From positions 42,735 through 106,734 of the IMG/VR virus record IMGVR_UViG_3300027151_000002: a stretch of DNA of 64,000 nt; one strand, written 5' to 3'. The DNA comes from a virus. The translations under genes were made by a program, and so were the position numbers. Shown here in pieces: positions 19,155-28,805 of the stretch. A model generated the notes under the pieces. The model was not told the origin of the DNA. It saw nothing but the letters and a program-made list of their open reading frames with translations, and ran no database searches. Numbering within the stretch: the stretch's first letter is position 1; every line of letters starts with the position of its first letter.

Positions 19155-19475
19155 TCATTTTTCATTCATGTCCCAGAAGTAGTCGCAGCCCTCTTCATCG
19201 CATGGAGGCGCAGCGAAATAGCTCTGCCAGCGATCCGCAGGCGCCATGTAACGCCAGCAATTTTCTTTAACAGGGCATTCACCCCCCGTGCACATCGCAA
19301 TGTCAGGCATGAGAATAGTGCGAGCAGTTTGATAAAGGAATCGCTTATCAGCCAAAGGATGATTAGCAACGGCCTCAAGAACAGCAGCAATGCGACGATC
19401 ACTGCTAAGCGTGTCTTCAGGAAAGCTCCAGAACGCTTCATGACAAGCATCAATTAGAGAGCGATGATTTTGCAC
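19155..19475 (-). CDS. Hypothetical protein with Cys-rich C-terminal module
   Basis: MPDIAMCTGGECPVKENCWRY...CDYFW. Confidence 0.5.
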   Translation of the reverse strand: MQNHRSLIDACHEAFWSFPEDTLSSDRRIAAVLEAVANHPLADKRFLYQTARTILMPDIAMCTGGECPVKENCWRYMAPADRWQSYFAAPPCDEEGCDYFWDMNEK

Positions 19476-19662
19476 GCTTTTCTTCCATCATTTCATGCTC
19501 TTCAACCATTGTTTCCATGGAGGCCATTATGCAGCTCTCAAAGAAGCCACAAGCCAAAATAAACTGCTTGAAATGTTCAATGATTTCAGGCATGTAAATG
19601 TTATGGAAAGAATAGGAGACTTTGGTTTCTCCTTCTTCGTAAAGAAAAGTGAAACGACTCAT
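19450..19662 (-). CDS. Hypothetical protein
   Basis: MSRFTF...FKQFILACGF. Confidence 0.5.
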   Translation of the reverse strand: MSRFTFLYEEGETKVSYSFHNIYMPEIIEHFKQFILACGFFESCIMASMETMVEEHEMMEEKRAKSSLSN

Positions 19663-19850
19663 GGGAGAATCAGCGAAAGAATCGCCAAGATTGACAGAGC
19701 AAGGATCAGGCATGTAAAGGTAACGAGAAGGAACAGGCCAAGAGGATCATTCGCCAAATAGGGCGGGAGGAAGCTCAGTAATTGGTAGGGCATCATCATC
19801 AATGCAAACTGCTCCAGCAAAGGCCCGCGCTAAGCGGGCCGCTGCTAGAT

Positions 19851-20804
19851 CTACTGCTTTTTTGCGACGAAAGCTTTCATGCCATCAATAATGGCAGCAG
19901 TATCTTCAAGGCCACGCACGGCATTGATTTCTTCAGTCATTTCAGCTTTGCTAATGGCAATTTGCTCTTGCTTTGCCCATAGCGTCATCATTGCTGCGAC
20001 GACGTTTCCGAAGGCTTGCCAGCTTTTGACTTCCGTGGCGCGAGCAAGTCCAATGCTTTCAAGAGCAGCTTTACCTGCAGCCATAGAAGCTTTCTCGTCG
20101 CCATAGTTCAACGGATTGGCTTTACACACTGCTGTAAGAGCTGCTTTTGCGTCGAAAGGCTCACTGGTCCCTGTATCGGCGGCGGCAGTAGGCCCTTCTT
20201 CTCCAACATCAGAAGTGCCACCAGTAGTGGCCGTCGCAGCCTTCTTGGCCGCACGAGCAGGCTTTGGGGCATCTTGCTGCAGCGCCGGTTTCGGCGCTTC
20301 TTCCTTCGGGATGTCCTCTCCGGCATAGAGACGAAGACCAAGGCCCGTGAACGTAGCGATGGCCTTGACGCTCGCACGTTGGATGTTGTCACTAATGGCA
20401 CGGCCATCAAGCTGTTGAATAGAGTTGTGCTTCCTGTCCATCACGGGAAAGACAAGAGCAGGGGTGCGACGAATGCCGTCCGTGAGGTAGGGGCGAAGGA
20501 TAAAAGCACCAGGCTCACCGAAGACGGGCCAGCCAAGAGTTTTCTCTTCAAAGGCCACAAAGAGCGTCGGGAAATGCTCCTTCAAATAGCGGAATGCAAA
20601 TGGCCAGGACAAATAGGACAAGCCTTTGTAGTCCTTTTCAATGTGAGGGCCAATGTCTGGAGTGTCATACGCAGCTTTAAAAGCTTCGGCGCTGATTTCC
20701 AGCGGGGTGAAGATGCCGTTGTAACGGTCGAGCATTGCTGCTTTTGCGGAGTCTTCCATGCTGGAAAAGTCGGACGGAGAATAAGTGAAGATAGTGTGGT
20801 TCAT
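19851..20804 (-). CDS. Single-strand annealing protein (DUF1071/Sak, Rad52-like)
   Basis: LSYLSW, PVMDRKHN, IQRASVKAIA...GLGLRLYAGED. Confidence 0.85.
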   Translation of the reverse strand: MNHTIFTYSPSDFSSMEDSAKAAMLDRYNGIFTPLEISAEAFKAAYDTPDIGPHIEKDYKGLSYLSWPFAFRYLKEHFPTLFVAFEEKTLGWPVFGEPGAFILRPYLTDGIRRTPALVFPVMDRKHNSIQQLDGRAISDNIQRASVKAIATFTGLGLRLYAGEDIPKEEAPKPALQQDAPKPARAAKKAATATTGGTSDVGEEGPTAAADTGTSEPFDAKAALTAVCKANPLNYGDEKASMAAGKAALESIGLARATEVKSWQAFGNVVAAMMTLWAKQEQIAISKAEMTEEINAVRGLEDTAAIIDGMKAFVAKKQ

Positions 20805-21076
20805 TCAATTGAAGCCACTGCTTTGTAACCAAAACCACGAGGTTGATATTCGCCATACATGATGACAAACATCTTGTCTGGGTTTTCGTTCTTGGTGATA
20901 AGACTGTCACCAGGGAGAGGCCAGTCATTAATCACCCTCACATCAGTGGGCTCTTCAAGGTATTCAGGATCGTAGTTTTCAGAAATGACGCCTTCTTCCC
21001 ATAGAATCTTCACTTCAGAATCGGGATGCTCAAGAAGAAACTCTTCGCAGGCAAGTTTAAGCTGAGAAACCTTCAT
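20801..21076 (-). CDS. Hypothetical protein
   Basis: 91 aa, coupled to its neighbours. Confidence 0.5.
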   Translation of the reverse strand: MKVSQLKLACEEFLLEHPDSEVKILWEEGVISENYDPEYLEEPTDVRVINDWPLPGDSLITKNENPDKMFVIMYGEYQPRGFGYKAVASIE

Positions 21077-21302
21077 AGTTTTCGATGGTGATGTCAGAAA
21101 TGGAATAATCCTCGATCATGGAAAAAGCACCATCAGAAAGAGTGGCGCTACCTTCCCAGATGGGAGTGGAGCGAATGAGACGCTCCACTGTTTCACTCAG
21201 GCTTTGCCTTGCATCATGAGCGATGTTCTTCAGATGGGCGTAGGCAGTATCAGTGAGGGTGAAGTGGCGGCTCTTCTTTAGCTCGCCGTGATCAATGGTC
21301 AT
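21057..21302 (-). CDS. Ribbon-helix-helix DNA-binding protein
   Basis: SRHFTLTDTAYAHL...SLSETVERLIR. Confidence 0.6.
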   Translation of the reverse strand: MTIDHGELKKSRHFTLTDTAYAHLKNIAHDARQSLSETVERLIRSTPIWEGSATLSDGAFSMIEDYSISDITIENYEGFSA

Positions 21303-21392
21303 AGAACAGAGGGCCGAGAAGGTAACCAATGCTGAAACCGATGATGGCGGCCAGCAAGAGTTCCATGGTTTTGCCGTGCGAGGGACATGGCC

Positions 21393-21420
21393 AATATAGC
21401 CGTCATAGCCAGAGCGTCAA
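21393..21420 (-). promoter_or_regulatory. Leftward sigma70 promoter
   Basis: TTGACG-16-TATATT at the head of the leftward operon, divergent from the primase. Confidence 0.6.
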
Positions 21421-21509
21421 GGCTTGAAGCTAAAGCTGGCATGAAGAATTGCGAAAGCCTTGCAGCAGCAGGATTCTGGTGCTAGAACACCCCCATCTCA
21501 CCATCGCCC

Positions 21510-23525
21510 ATGGCTTTTTCCATTCTTGAACACCTCGCCAAACTGGAGCCGAGCGACCATGCAGGCAAATACATCTGCCCTGCGTGCGGTGGCAACGACC
21601 TGTCCGTGAACGAAGGGAACGGAGCATACAACTGCTTCAATGACGACAGTCCGAAGCATCGTGCAGAAATTCGTAACATTCTTGCTCCTCTAGAGCGCTG
21701 GGAACGTCCCATGCGCGAAGCAAAACGCTATTCGTTCCCCTATCAAAATCGCAATCGCGAAGACGTGATAGTCGTCACGCGAGATGACACTTCTGGCAAG
21801 AAAAGCATTTCGCAAGACTATCCCACTGCCAATAATGTAAGTGGCAAGCGTTCTGAAATTGTCAAACAACTTCGCAAGAACGTTCTTCCCTATCGCTATT
21901 ACGATGCCATTGAAGCATCAGCAGCTTCAGGCCTGCCCATCTTCATTGTTGAAGGCGAACTGACTGCTGATAGGCTTTGGGAAATCGGCCTGCCTTCTAG
22001 CACGTTTCTTGGTGGCAGCGGACAATATCGTGCGAACGGTGACTATTCGCAACTGTTTCGCGGGCAGAAAGTAGTTCTATGTCCTGATCGTGATGAGCCT
22101 GGCGTGGCTCTCATGAAGGAGGTGGCTGCAGACAATCCCAATGCGCAATGGTGCTACGCGGATCCAAGCAGCTTTGAATGGGACAATCTGCCTCAGAAAG
22201 GAGGCTATGACTTAGCCGACTGGCTTGATGATGGTGCAGATCAAGATGCCATTCTTTCATCCATCGTCTCAAAGGATAGGCACGAAGGGAAAGACGGGCT
22301 CCCTTCTTACGAGGAGATCATTGGCACGTTTGAGCGCATGGTTGGTCTCTACAACAACGATGCCCGCATTGCCTATGAAGCTCGCCAATGGATGGATGCT
22401 CATGGCGTCAAGCTGAATTCACAAGAAATCGACAAGCTGCTTTCTGAAGCACGCGGTCGCGTACATGGCAAAGAGGAAATGGAAATCCTCGATGCAAAAG
22501 CAATTGCACAGTCTGAAGACTCAAGGAAGTGGACTATTGCTGGCATTCTTCCTGAAAGTAGCGTGATGCTGCTAGCTGCAGCTCCCGGAAGTGGCAAGAG
22601 CACAATCGTCTACAACTGGGCTTTGCACGTTGCCACTGGTAAAGATTGGAGCAATCGCCGTTGCAAGAAAGGGAAAGTGCTCATCATTCAATGCGACGAG
22701 CCAGTTGTTGATGCTGCAGAAAAGCTTCAAATTATTGGCTACGACGATGATGCACTAGGCAATGGTCAGATTGATTTCATTGATCGCTGGCGCTTTAGTA
22801 ACATCCCCCAGCTCCTTTCTTACGTGCAGCGCCACCAGCCACAGCTCATCATGATTGATAGTCTCACTTCATGCTTGGCTGGCATGGATGTAGATCTCAT
22901 CCGTTCTGATGCTGGTAATTGCATTTACGAACTGCGCGACATTGCCAATCAATATGGTTGCTCCATTGTCATCCTTCACCACTTGAATAAAAGTGGTGGT
23001 ATTCGTGATAGCTCCAGCTTTGAAGCCAACGTTAGTGAAGTGGTGAAACTCTATCGCACTGACAATAATCCTGATTCAACGCAGTTCATGTTTGAATGGA
23101 CCAAGAGCCGAAGTGGCTTAGCTGGTAAGCATTTCATGCAGCGTGATCCTGCCACTTATGGCTGGTATTACAAAGGGCCTGCAGTGGGTGGCAATGAGAG
23201 CATGGATAATCTCGTCAATATGATCAACTCTCGCAAGCACGAGCGTTTCGATAGGAAGGCTGCTGCTAATGCTTCTGGCTCATGGGACACGGTAAGCGTG
23301 GGACGTTTGCTGGAAGTGGCACGTCGTCAAGGCTTGATTGACACCAGCTTCATTGTTGGTCCCAATGGTGAACGCACCAGGATGTACCAAAGCTGGGCTT
23401 ATGAAGCTCCAGATGTTGATTTTGAGCCTGTTCCCGCTCAGGAAGAAGCTCCCCAAGAAGAGCCTGTTCCCATTGTTCCCAATGAAAGTCTTCCCGAAGG
23501 GGAAGACGATGATGAGTGGTTCTGA
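21510..23525 (+). CDS. Primase-helicase (Zn finger, TOPRIM, AAA_25/RecA-like)
   Basis: CPAC; IVEGE, PDRDEPG; Walker A AAPGSGKS, Walker B IMIDSL, LHHLNK. Confidence 0.9.
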   Translation: MAFSILEHLAKLEPSDHAGKYICPACGGNDLSVNEGNGAYNCFNDDSPKHRAEIRNILAPLERWERPMREAKRYSFPYQNRNREDVIVVTRDDTSGKKSISQDYPTANNVSGKRSEIVKQLRKNVLPYRYYDAIEASAASGLPIFIVEGELTADRLWEIGLPSSTFLGGSGQYRANGDYSQLFRGQKVVLCPDRDEPGVALMKEVAADNPNAQWCYADPSSFEWDNLPQKGGYDLADWLDDGADQDAILSSIVSKDRHEGKDGLPSYEEIIGTFERMVGLYNNDARIAYEARQWMDAHGVKLNSQEIDKLLSEARGRVHGKEEMEILDAKAIAQSEDSRKWTIAGILPESSVMLLAAAPGSGKSTIVYNWALHVATGKDWSNRRCKKGKVLIIQCDEPVVDAAEKLQIIGYDDDALGNGQIDFIDRWRFSNIPQLLSYVQRHQPQLIMIDSLTSCLAGMDVDLIRSDAGNCIYELRDIANQYGCSIVILHHLNKSGGIRDSSSFEANVSEVVKLYRTDNNPDSTQFMFEWTKSRSGLAGKHFMQRDPATYGWYYKGPAVGGNESMDNLVNMINSRKHERFDRKAAANASGSWDTVSVGRLLEVARRQGLIDTSFIVGPNGERTRMYQSWAYEAPDVDFEPVPAQEEAPQEEPVPIVPNESLPEGEDDDEWF

Positions 23526-23616
23526 CTGTCTCGCAATAGGAGGGAGGCTCTATTGCACAGCCTCCCCGCTGCCTACCGTAGCGAGCAGCTTTCTTCAGTA
23601 TAGACAAAAGACTAAC

Positions 23617-23638
23617 GGGGGCTCAAGCCCCCTTTTTT
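23617..23638 (+). terminator. Intrinsic terminator
   Basis: GGGGGCT-CA-AGCCCCC followed by TTTTTT. Confidence 0.7.
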
Positions 23639-23980
23639 GTGCCAATTTCCTCACTGGCCCTCTTGTGAAAATTTGGCGGGGGTGAGTAAACTGGTTCCGG
23701 AATGTCCCGCGAGTATCCCAGAGATCTCAGACGAGCATTCCAGGGGGCTACAAGCCTACGCTGCCTGGCCATCCAGAGCAAGCGGAGCCCCCCAGGGCGA
23801 AGCGCCTCGATCATCAGGCCAAGATTCCCTAAAAGGAACAGGCCAGACGAGGCCTCAAACCTCCGCAATGCCGCTCTAGCCAGAGTGGAGCCCCACAGGG
23901 CGGAACGTTCCAGACGAAAGGCAAACAAGCCTTCAAACAAAAAGAACGTTACTAACATTGCAAAGGAAACTACCAAAGCA

Positions 23981-24217
23981 ATGCTTCTACCGCCTCAGCC
24001 AGTAGAAAAGCTCCCTCTGCTGGAGCACAATGGAGCAGAAATTCTGCCAATCATTCATCACGGCTTTTCAAAACCCGCTAAAGGGCCGCAACCAGCGGCC
24101 CGTACGCTTTACGGAGCCCGTGATAACAATGGTGAGCGCCATTGGCGCGGAAGCTTGCATGAAATCCAGCAATTGATTGATGGTGGTTTCGCCGTGCAGG
24201 AGCAAGCCAATGCGTGA
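23981..24217 (+). CDS. Hypothetical protein
   Basis: Probable start at MLLPPQ inside ORF 23702..24217. Confidence 0.45.
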   Translation: MLLPPQPVEKLPLLEHNGAEILPIIHHGFSKPAKGPQPAARTLYGARDNNGERHWRGSLHEIQQLIDGGFAVQEQANA

Positions 24218-24425
24218 ATTCTGCACCAACCCAAAGGATTGCATGGCTCTTGCTTACGAGCGTGAAGCTGAGCATGAAATGGACTCTCGCGGGCTAGATG
24301 CTGCTTATGCAGAAATCGTTGATAGCTTCCACAAAGAAATGGAAGAATTTATTAGGAAGTATTGCCCTAAAAAGCTAAATGAGTTTGATGATCTGTTAGA
24401 AAAAGCTTTCTGGCAGTATCATTGA
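24210..24425 (+). CDS. Hypothetical protein
   Basis: MREFCTNPKDC..., coupled start/stop. Confidence 0.5.
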   Translation: MREFCTNPKDCMALAYEREAEHEMDSRGLDAAYAEIVDSFHKEMEEFIRKYCPKKLNEFDDLLEKAFWQYH

Positions 24426-24567
24426 ACCATGCTTAATTCAGGCGATGATCTTCAGCGTCTCATTGATGATGCCATTCGTCGCCATGAAATCAGAGTGGCA
24501 CTATGGAGCGGCGCATTAGGCGCCGCTCTTCTATTAGGCACGTTCCATGCCATTGCATTGCTTCGTC

Positions 24568-24738
24568 ATGAATTACACTCCCTCACCATTGTCACAAGCT
24601 GAATGGGAAGAGCTTTGTATGTTGAAGCAAGCCATTGATGATGCTCCGGCCACTGTCGTGGCCTCGCGCATGGAACGTTTCACAGAATTATTTGTTCGTA
24701 CTCTCCATGGAAAGGGAGATACCATGAGGGGCGCATAG
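24568..24738 (+). CDS. Hypothetical protein
   Basis: PLSQAEWEELCMLKQAI...MERFTELF. Confidence 0.5.
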   Translation: MNYTPSPLSQAEWEELCMLKQAIDDAPATVVASRMERFTELFVRTLHGKGDTMRGA

Positions 24739-24780
24739 CCAAAAGCTTCGCTTACAATGCGAGAAGCAAAATAATAAAGA

Positions 24781-25536
24781 ATGCCTCGTCCTGAAATTGA
24801 ATTTGCTACGCCTGAAGAAGAAGAGGCTTATGCACGAAAAGCTTTAGCAAAGGCTGGCGTTCCAATTTCACAATACGAAGCCATTCGTGAGCATAAATCA
24901 AAAGGCGGTACAGCCGGTCCTGGCATCTACACCAAAGAGATGCTTGGCGTTAGGCGATGGATGGTGCAGGAGCTTCTTGCAGCAAAAATGAGCAATCGTC
25001 AGATTGCGAATGTTCTTAAACTCAGCAAAGAAACAGTTAATGGTGATCGCCATTTCAACCGCGATCTCTATACGCAAGAAATCTTGAAGAATCAAGATAC
25101 GCACAGGGCGCGTCTCTTGAAAGAACAAATGGAGCTAAAAGACTTAGCTCTTCGTAGCTTTGAAAATAGTAAGCGCAAGAAAGTAGTCACCATTATGGAC
25201 GGTGGTGACGATGGTAGCAAGGAGATGGTGAAGATTGAAGAAAGTGCTGGCGACGCATCGTTCCTTAACGTGGCCAAGAATTCCCTGGTGGAACAAGCAA
25301 AGTTGCTTGGCTTGAACGAAATCAAGCAAGTGGAAAACCAAGACACCTCCTATAGGAAATTCCTGAAAGATTTGTCTTCCACCATTGAAAAGGAGAAGGA
25401 AGCCAAAGCAACGGAAGAACGCCGAAGCAATTCTCTTCCTGCGTCTGCTGAGACTATTAGCTTCGATGCAGAACCAGAAAACGAGCCACTTCCTGACGCC
25501 ATGCCTTTACAAACAATTAATGAAGATGACTATTGA
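24781..25536 (+). CDS. HTH protein, probable terminase small subunit
   Basis: HTH MSNRQIANVLKLSKETV followed by a helical oligomerisation region ending AKLLGL. Confidence 0.5.
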   Translation: MPRPEIEFATPEEEEAYARKALAKAGVPISQYEAIREHKSKGGTAGPGIYTKEMLGVRRWMVQELLAAKMSNRQIANVLKLSKETVNGDRHFNRDLYTQEILKNQDTHRARLLKEQMELKDLALRSFENSKRKKVVTIMDGGDDGSKEMVKIEESAGDASFLNVAKNSLVEQAKLLGLNEIKQVENQDTSYRKFLKDLSSTIEKEKEAKATEERRSNSLPASAETISFDAEPENEPLPDAMPLQTINEDDY

Positions 25537-25561
25537 CAATGGTCCTTAATGGGACCATTAT
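25533..25561 (+). promoter_or_regulatory. Sigma70 promoter with palindromic operator in the spacer
   Basis: TTGACA-17-CATTAT; AATGGTCC-N6-GGACCATT. Confidence 0.6.
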
Positions 25562-25584
25562 GAGCCCATCTTCTCCCTTTTCCA

Positions 25585-26010
25585 TTGGACGCTTTTGATT
25601 CCGTCGACCAGTTTCTACGGCAAGCTGTAGCCGCTAAAGATGGCAAGCGGCAAGCTATCGGCGCTTCAATCTCGCCTCACTTGCAGGACCATGGCACTGT
25701 AGGCATTCCGCCGAAACTGGCCAAGACCATAGAAGCCATGCTGCAGAAGCATGGCGACGAAACCTACCGGCAAGTGGCCCTGTTCTGCCTGGGCAAATGG
25801 TTTGAGCTGCACATTGGCATGTTTGAGGAACTCATTGGTGAAGAGCCCAGTATGGCTTGTAGCTGCCTAATGGACTCCACTCGCATTGCTGATGCTCTCC
25901 ATCTCCTTTCAGAAATTAATAGCATTGGAGGCGACGGCGGATGGCGCACCATGCTTGAAGAAACGCTCAGTCAGCACATTCTTGAAGAGCTTGAAGAGGA
26001 GAGTTGGTAA
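25585..26010 (+). CDS. Hypothetical protein
   Basis: 141 aa ORF after the promoter. Confidence 0.55.
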   Translation: MDAFDSVDQFLRQAVAAKDGKRQAIGASISPHLQDHGTVGIPPKLAKTIEAMLQKHGDETYRQVALFCLGKWFELHIGMFEELIGEEPSMACSCLMDSTRIADALHLLSEINSIGGDGGWRTMLEETLSQHILEELEEESW

Positions 26011-26349
26011 TGGCTGCAACGTGCCGCACATTCTTGATCACCACTTACGAAGGCAAGAAAATCGCCCTTGGGGCGATTTCCGCAAAACAAGCTGAACACT
26101 TTATGCTTGCCATGCGTCCCGATGTGAGGATTGCAATGATTGAAGAAATTCCTCCGCTTCCCGAAGACCCCAAATTATGATTTTCTCTTTCCATTGCTCT
26201 GACATCACTGGGCATATTCGCCTGGGAGATTTCTGTTTTCAATGGAGAAATAGTTTTCTTCTTGGCACAATGTATGACGGCTTTGGTGAAAGCCTTCTAA
26301 TCATCGGCAATCGTTCTTTTCGTTTCGGACAATTCCGTTTCATCTAATC

Positions 26350-26769
26350 ATGGACTTTCAGCTCTCCCTTGTTGAAGAGCATTCTCTGCCTCGCATGGTT
26401 CACATTTGCATTCCTCCTCAATTGCGAGAAGAAGCACAAGCTTTAGCCATGGAGAATCCGCCCATTCATCCTGCATGGCGAAAGGCTCAACAACGTGGTA
26501 GACATTTTGTCATTGCCACCAATGAGCTAGATGACATTACGGAACTTGCCGACTTTGCTCGTACCAACATTGAAGAGCCTGAAGGGCCGATGAGCAAGCC
26601 AAAGCGACAGGCTTATCAAATCCTGCTGGATAGGGCATTCAGGCATGCTGAGCTAATGCCAGTGGGCTCTTGCCATGCCATTGCCATTAAATGGCGAGAC
26701 AAGCCTTTGCCTATCACCAAAAATCTAAGCATCGCCACACAGGCTTTGCGCAAGCCACGAGCTTTGTAA
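26350..26769 (+). CDS. Hypothetical protein
   Basis: 139 aa, codon style of phage A. Confidence 0.55.
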   Translation: MDFQLSLVEEHSLPRMVHICIPPQLREEAQALAMENPPIHPAWRKAQQRGRHFVIATNELDDITELADFARTNIEEPEGPMSKPKRQAYQILLDRAFRHAELMPVGSCHAIAIKWRDKPLPITKNLSIATQALRKPRAL

Positions 26770-26781
26770 CGATTTATGAAC

Positions 26782-26805
26782 GGCCCCCTTGATAGGGGGC
26801 CTTTT
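26782..26805 (+). terminator. Intrinsic terminator
   Basis: GGCCCCCT-TGAT-AGGGGGCC followed by TTTT. Confidence 0.65.
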
Positions 26806-26816
26806 GCTGGCACACT

Positions 26817-27194
26817 ATGCACATGCGACGGCGAACGTCGCTAGCCCTCTGCTTCACCATCGTGACCGTCTCCTTCAATCACCTACTGCCCAACCATCCT
26901 GTTTCTGCTTTTAAGGATGGAGAGCTTGCCATGCACTTTGGCCAGCCAATGGTGACGCGCAGCTTCTCCATGGGAGATCTGCAAGAATTCATTTGCACCA
27001 TTGAAAAGGCTATTGATGAAGAGCCTAACGTCGTGCAACAACTGGCCCTGGAGCGCATTCGTTGTGCTTTTGTTGTGAGCTTGGACATGCTCAAGCAGAA
27101 TCATGAAGAGCTTCAAAAAGAGGCTCCTCTTGGTGCTGATTTTGAAGAATATCTAATGAACTACAACAATGCCATTAAAGGAGGCAAACTGTGA
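26817..27194 (+). CDS. Hypothetical protein
   Basis: 125 aa ORF; start uncertain. Confidence 0.5.
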   Translation: MHMRRRTSLALCFTIVTVSFNHLLPNHPVSAFKDGELAMHFGQPMVTRSFSMGDLQEFICTIEKAIDEEPNVVQQLALERIRCAFVVSLDMLKQNHEELQKEAPLGADFEEYLMNYNNAIKGGKL

Positions 27195-27367
27195 GCACGC
27201 CCAAAGATGTGCTTTCAGACGCTATTTTTAATTACTTTGATAATGACAATGGCGATGAGTTCATCAAAGATCTCGCGGAATTGTTGGCGCAAGATAGGGA
27301 TCATCATCTTAGGAAATTTCGCGCTATCTCTCATGCCTACGAACAACTCTTTGGCCAAAGCTTCTGA
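27191..27367 (+). CDS. Hypothetical protein (58 aa, absent from ORF track)
   Basis: GTG start overlapping the previous stop; LSDAIFNYFD...DHHLRK resembles 13140..13361. Confidence 0.45.
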   Translation: MSTPKDVLSDAIFNYFDNDNGDEFIKDLAELLAQDRDHHLRKFRAISHAYEQLFGQSF

Positions 27368-27543
27368 TCCATTGTTGGATTGGGATTATGACAAACGAAG
27401 CGTGATGCAACTTGCTACGGCAAAGCTTGAACGTAGGCTTCAATACTGGCGAGAGAAAGAGCAGGAGGAAATCCTGAAGCGATATCGTCTCGTCACTTCC
27501 ATCTAGCCAAATTGCCAATTTCTACACACTACGAGGTTCAACA

Positions 27544-27753
27544 ATGACTCAAGAACATCCCATCACCCCAATGAGCGACTTCCACCCCGCACCATTCGAT
27601 GACTTTTCCACCGAACTGCGCGATCCGTGGCCCGTTGTGGAGCGGCTACGCATGGCACTGCGCGAGGCCGAGCGCTACTGCCTCGGCGCTGAAAACACCA
27701 CCGGGCAGTGCATCACATCCCTTCTTGAAATTCTTCCTGACGAAGATGACTGA
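27544..27753 (+). CDS. Hypothetical protein at the genome junction
   Basis: GAGG RBS, MTQEHPITP...; GC content rises here. Confidence 0.5.
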   Translation: MTQEHPITPMSDFHPAPFDDFSTELRDPWPVVERLRMALREAERYCLGAENTTGQCITSLLEILPDEDD

Positions 27754-28006
27754 CTTCCGAGCGCTGTGCGCCCGCATGGCTGACGAGCTGGACCATTACC
27801 GGCAGCTTTTGATGGATGACCGACGCGAAGCACATGCGTTGGCGACAGAAGCCCGCGCCGCACTTGCTCAGCCCAAGCCGCCGAGCTTGAGGGAGCAGGC
27901 GCTAGATGCCCTCACCCTTCTATGCAAAGGGCCGGACGCAACAGCTTTTGTGACGTGTAGAGACACCATCCGCCGTGCTCTCGAACAGCTTCCCGACAAC
28001 GAGTAG
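27746..28006 (+). CDS. Hypothetical modular protein
   Basis: MTDFRALCAR...PPSLREQAL...TIRRALEQLPD; its TAG stop is part of a TAG-N9-CTA site. Confidence 0.55.
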   Translation: MTDFRALCARMADELDHYRQLLMDDRREAHALATEARAALAQPKPPSLREQALDALTLLCKGPDATAFVTCRDTIRRALEQLPDNE

Positions 28007-28222
28007 TCACCTTCACTAATTACGCCAACCCATGCCCACCAAGCTCAAAGCCAGCACCCTCCCCGTCAACCTCACCGCCTACCAGCGCGCCATCGACGCC
28101 GCCGCTCGCACCGTTTCCGGTATCCCGCGCTGCCAGCTAGAGGCCATCGTCGCCGCTGCCATCACCGCCATTGGCAAACCAACAGATGACAACCAAGCGG
28201 CCTGAAAACCAACCCTGTCGCC

Positions 28223-28786
28223 TTGTCTCCCTCTGCGGTCAGTTCCTCACCGTCAATGGCACCTTCTCCGCAGACCCTGCCAGCGCCCTCACAGCCGAAC
28301 GCTGGTGGCTTGAACGAGAACAACGACGCATCAACACCCTCTCCATCATCATCCGCGCCTAGTGCCATCACCTTCAACGTGATCGGCATGGAACCAGCAA
28401 CCCAAGGCTCTAAAAGCCATGTCGGTAACGGGATCATGCGCGAAACCAATCAGCGCCTCCGTCCCTGGCGCTCTCTCGTCACCGACGCAGCCCTAGCAAC
28501 CAATACCCCACTCATCAATCACCCCGTCTCCATCTCAATAACCTTTCGCTTCCTACGCCCCAAAGGCCACTACAACAAATCCGGCCTATCCCCTAAAGCA
28601 CCAGCCCACCTAACCTCTCGCCTAAAGGGCGACATCGACAAACTTTCCCGTGCCGTGCTTGATGCCCTCACTGGCTCACTTCTTCACGACGATTCTCAAG
28701 TGGTTCAACTGGCTGCCCACAAGCGCTACTGCACCGCAGAAGAAAAACCTGGTGCCCTCATCACCATCATCCCGCTGGCAACCTAA
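28223..28786 (+). CDS. rusA: RusA-family Holliday junction resolvase
   Basis: PATQGSK, DIDKLSRAVLDAL, DDSQVV...KRY. Confidence 0.85.
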   Translation: MSPSAVSSSPSMAPSPQTLPAPSQPNAGGLNENNDASTPSPSSSAPSAITFNVIGMEPATQGSKSHVGNGIMRETNQRLRPWRSLVTDAALATNTPLINHPVSISITFRFLRPKGHYNKSGLSPKAPAHLTSRLKGDIDKLSRAVLDALTGSLLHDDSQVVQLAAHKRYCTAEEKPGALITIIPLAT

Positions 28787-28805
28787 AGCAGCGGCACCCT
28801 GTGCC

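Noticed and set aside
23702-23980. N-terminal extension of ORF 23702..24217
   Set aside because: Arg/Pro-rich low-plausibility sequence; better start at 23981
27500-28030. Junction as an attL/attR integration site
   Set aside because: The integrase and candidate attP are 32 kb away and appear intact
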